In this document: in pieces, positions 9,553-12,139 of the stretch
How the letters are laid out: each line of letters begins with the position of its first letter
How positions within the stretch are numbered: position 1 is the stretch's first letter
Source: Limisphaerales bacterium
Lineage (GTDB): Bacteria; Verrucomicrobiota; Verrucomicrobiia; Limisphaerales; JAJOIW01
Assembly: GCA_965657355.1 (NCBI GenBank)
Contig: CBFHOE010000005.1
Location: 250,060 to 262,198, forward strand
Length of the DNA stretch: 12,139 bases
Reading direction: 5' to 3'
Position numbers and translations under genes: made by a program
Notes under the pieces: model-generated
Databases searched by the model: none
What the model saw: the letters and a program-made list of their open reading frames with translations, nothing else
Told to the model about the DNA's origin: nothing

Positions 9553-12138
9553 CTATTTCTTTTGAATAACAAAGAATTGAGAAGCAGCTTCCAAACCGAT
9601 GCTAAACCGGCCGTTACCATCCTCAAAAATAAGATCTGTGGCGACGACTGATAAGTCAGCGCCCAGAGTTGCGGTTGATAACACCTCGTATGCCACTCCA
9701 ATTTGAGCGTCCCAGAAAATACGAAGCTCATTTTCCTCGCTTATTGCGGCAGTAACATTAAGGGGGCGACTTCTTTCTACGAATGTATGAGTATCAAATG
9801 AGGTCCCATTGATCCACTTGCCTGGAGAAACGGATAGATCTGAGATTTTGTCTTGAGCAACCGGGGAACCAAACAAATCTGGGGCAAATGTTAGCGAAGC
9901 TGTATCACTAACATCGTCTCCAGAAAAGACGACTCTTTGAATGAGGTTACCGTCGGCGTTGTAGAGTCTTATGATATCGCCACCAGAGTTGTTTAAGCCA
10001 AATCCAAATCTGTTTTCACTAGCAGGTATATAGGGAATATTCTCAAGTTGAGGCTCTGCTCCATTTAGAGGCCCGCCATACACAATACCCGCTGATGATG
10101 GTTCAATAAAAAAGGACTCAAAGAAAATGTGTCTAATCTCATTGGCGTCACCTATTTGCCACCCACCGAGGTTGATGGCATCTTCGCCTATATTAGCTAA
10201 CTCCACAAACTCATCCCATTGCCAAGGTGAGTATTCTTCTACACCCTCAAGATCTCTGTTCAATGGGTTGTAGTGTGCGTCTTCTTCAGAAGCAGATGGA
10301 TTAGCCAAAAATTCTGAAATTATTAAATTTTGCTCACTGAGTTCAGGAACATAAATATTCCATTGATTTCTGTTCTCAGCATTAGCATTCGTGGCTATGA
10401 ATACCGGTGCTACTAGAGATCCGCGGTGCTCCTCACCTGCAGTGAAAGTAAATTCAGCCGTCAATTTTTCACCTGTTGCGGAAGGAACATTCCACACAGC
10501 TTGACTAGGCAGTTCACCTTCTGCTGATATTTCAATTTGATTACCTTCCACGTAGTCTTGAGCGTGAATCTCTATTACAATAGTTTCTCCGGGCAACAAT
10601 GAATACTCGGTATATTGACTATTTGAAGGCTCACTATCGCGAAGCTGATTCTGTAACATGACATCAAAGCCGACAACAGGGGCTTTGTTTTTACTATCGA
10701 TTGCCTGAAATGTATTGGGAATTATCTGATAGCCCGACGTTCTGGGATCGCTTGTGTCATACTGCGCTAAAACACCTGTTATGGTGGCTGGACCAACAGG
10801 GATTGCCTGTCCTCCAATGTCTGTTCTGGAGTCAATCCGAAGCGTAAAGCCATTAGCATTCAATGGATTTCCAGTTTCATCTAGAAGAACAAGATTTCCA
10901 GAATCAGGAAATGCAGCATCTTCAGACTGAATTTCAACGTTAGTTGCCTTAACAAGTAAACCTTCAATCGATTCAAAATAAATAACATCCTCTAATTTTG
11001 AGAAATCTATCTCTAATGGTTCCGGAACTTGATTGCCACTGCTAATGATTTTTACAGAGTGGCCTTCAGCTCCCAAGACAGGAACAAACTCAAGTAAACC
11101 ATTAAAATGACCCAACGGACCAACAACCTCAACAAGATCACCTTTTGCAGGTACTTCTCCAGCAGCATTCCTATGAAAGACTGCAATACCAGCACCTTCA
11201 GATTGAATATAAAAGAGACCGTGAGAACTAGTAGTTAAGTTAATGTCGGTTGTAACCACACCTTGCGCACGAAACAACGTCTCCGTGTCGGTTGGAAGGT
11301 AGTTTTCAGAATCCAACATTGCTCTTAAATCAAAAATAGAAGTCAAGGAAGTGCCTGGATCGGAGTCACTTTTAACATCTGAAAACTGAGTTGATAACAG
11401 CTGGTATCCGTCAGTTTGAGGGTCGGAGGTATCATACTGGCTGATCACACCGGTTATGTCTACAGGACCAGTTGGTATCGCATTCCCCTCGTAATCGGTT
11501 CGACTGTCGATCCGAAGAGTAAATGTGCGGCCTTGGTCATCGGTAATAGTCAAGTTACCACTTCGTGGAAACGTACCTCCCTCACTGTCGATAGTGACTC
11601 CTTTAGCAACGACAAGTGATCCTTCCTGGGCATCCATTACTGCTGCATCTTCCAATAAACTAAAGTCCAACTCTATAGGAGCTGGGAGCGCATTACCGCT
11701 GCTCAATATCTCAATGCCATGACCTTCAACGCCGACTTCCGGGGTTAATTGCAGAAGGCCTCGAAAATTTCCAATAGGTGCCATTATCCGAACCTTATCT
11801 CCCTGCGCTGGTATCTCTCCACCCGCTCCACGGTTAAAGACTGCTATCCCTCCTGTTTCGTCTTGAAGGTAGAAAAGTCCATTACTGGAACTAGTTAGGT
11901 TGATGGGTGTCGTCACAACGCCCTCAACCGTGTAGATGGTCTCGGTATCAGTGGGGGCGTAGTTCTCGTCTATTTGACCACGCAGTGTTCCAATGCTCGT
12001 TACTTCTATCGCATTAGGATCATCTAAATCCATGAATGAAGGGGCTAGGAGTTGGTATCCTTCAGTTTGAGGGTCGGAGGTATCATACTGGCTGATCACA
12101 CCGGTTATGTCTACAGGACCAGTTGGTATCGCATTCCC
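9553..12138 (-). CDS. Large acidic, probably extracellular protein: repeated double OB-fold modules (DUF5689/YhcR-like), Ig-like spacer, lamin-tail domain (LTD) and C-terminal domain; 5'-truncated
   Basis: The frame stays open to the window edge (GNAIPTGPVDITGVISQY), so the listed start at 12099 is internal. Two full modules of about 210 aa (TVEGVVT..FYLQDETGGIAVF..GDKV..EGSLV..TLRID..ITGVISQY..YQL) plus the tail of a third. LTD motifs LIISEFLANP, DEFVELAN, INLGGWQIGD, GLNNSGGDIIRLYN and SPG at about 9820-10326. Confidence 0.8.
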   Translation of the reverse strand, partial: GNAIPTGPVDITGVISQYDTSDPQTEGYQLLAPSFMDLDDPNAIEVTSIGTLRGQIDENYAPTDTETIYTVEGVVTTPINLTSSSNGLFYLQDETGGIAVFNRGAGGEIPAQGDKVRIMAPIGNFRGLLQLTPEVGVEGHGIEILSSGNALPAPIELDFSLLEDAAVMDAQEGSLVVAKGVTIDSEGGTFPRSGNLTITDDQGRTFTLRIDSRTDYEGNAIPTGPVDITGVISQYDTSDPQTDGYQLLSTQFSDVKSDSDPGTSLTSIFDLRAMLDSENYLPTDTETLFRAQGVVTTDINLTTSSHGLFYIQSEGAGIAVFHRNAAGEVPAKGDLVEVVGPLGHFNGLLEFVPVLGAEGHSVKIISSGNQVPEPLEIDFSKLEDVIYFESIEGLLVKATNVEIQSEDAAFPDSGNLVLLDETGNPLNANGFTLRIDSRTDIGGQAIPVGPATITGVLAQYDTSDPRTSGYQIIPNTFQAIDSKNKAPVVGFDVMLQNQLRDSEPSNSQYTEYSLLPGETIVIEIHAQDYVEGNQIEISAEGELPSQAVWNVPSATGEKLTAEFTFTAGEEHRGSLVAPVFIATNANAENRNQWNIYVPELSEQNLIISEFLANPSASEEDAHYNPLNRDLEGVEEYSPWQWDEFVELANIGEDAINLGGWQIGDANEIRHIFFESFFIEPSSAGIVYGGPLNGAEPQLENIPYIPASENRFGFGLNNSGGDIIRLYNADGNLIQRVVFSGDDVSDTASLTFAPDLFGSPVAQDKISDLSVSPGKWINGTSFDTHTFVERSRPLNVTAAISEENELRIFWDAQIGVAYEVLSTATLGADLSVVATDLIFEDGNGRFSIGLEAASQFFVIQKK
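10696..12000 (-). repeat. Protein-level tandem modules A (12000-11377) and B (11343-10696)
   Basis: The modules align along their whole length: NYAPTDTETIYTVEGVVTTPINLTSSSNGLFYLQ vs NYLPTDTETLFRAQGVVTTDINLTTSSHGLFYIQ; FTLRIDSRTD in both; QYDTSDPQTDGYQ vs QYDTSDPRTSGYQ. Their DNA is clearly diverged. Confidence 0.9.
11402..11488. repeat. Direct repeat copy 1 (87 bp; 86/87 identical to 12053-12139)
   Basis: 11411-11488 exactly matches 12062-12139 (78 bp). One mismatch (11410 g / 12061 t), then 8 more matching bases. The offset is 651 bp, or 217 codons. Confidence 0.95.
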
Positions 12139-12139
12139 C
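12053..12139. repeat. Direct repeat copy 2, cut off by the window end
   Basis: Same sequence as 11402-11488; on the minus strand it encodes GNAIPTGPVDITGVISQYDTSDPQT(E/D)GY. Confidence 0.95.

Noticed and set aside
242..11722. The remaining short ORFs of 61-113 aa in the ORF track
   Set aside because: They lie within or overlap long, well-supported genes, antisense or out of frame, and show no recognisable motifs.
11402..12139. Repeat pair as a diversity-generating retroelement TR/VR
   Set aside because: The copies are essentially identical and both are in-frame parts of one gene. Flanking differences are not adenine-specific, and no reverse transcriptase is in the window.

Overview
Six protein-coding genes from a bacterium of roughly 40-45% GC (estimated by eye), most likely Verrucomicrobiota/PVC, inferred from the PVC-type heme domain and a Verrucomicrobia-like C-terminal domain. 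Plus strand: the 3' part of a PVC-type HEAT-repeat/CxxCH heme protein with an extra C-terminal beta-sandwich, the Kdo transferase waaA, and a probably secreted protein of about 14 Sel1 repeats. Minus strand: the 3' part of a large acidic protein (tandem double-OB-fold modules, lamin-tail domain, putative sorting domain), followed 11 bp later by a secreted CehA/McbA-like PHP metallohydrolase, then a CPD photolyase that looks like class III. The best candidate for an undescribed system is the OB/LTD protein plus PHP hydrolase pair, possibly for extracellular nucleic-acid or phosphoester scavenging; this is inference. An 87-bp near-perfect direct repeat runs to the window end and suggests a recently duplicated or collapsed 651-bp module. 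No RNA genes, CRISPR arrays or mobile elements were recognised. All family calls come from motif recognition, not database searches.
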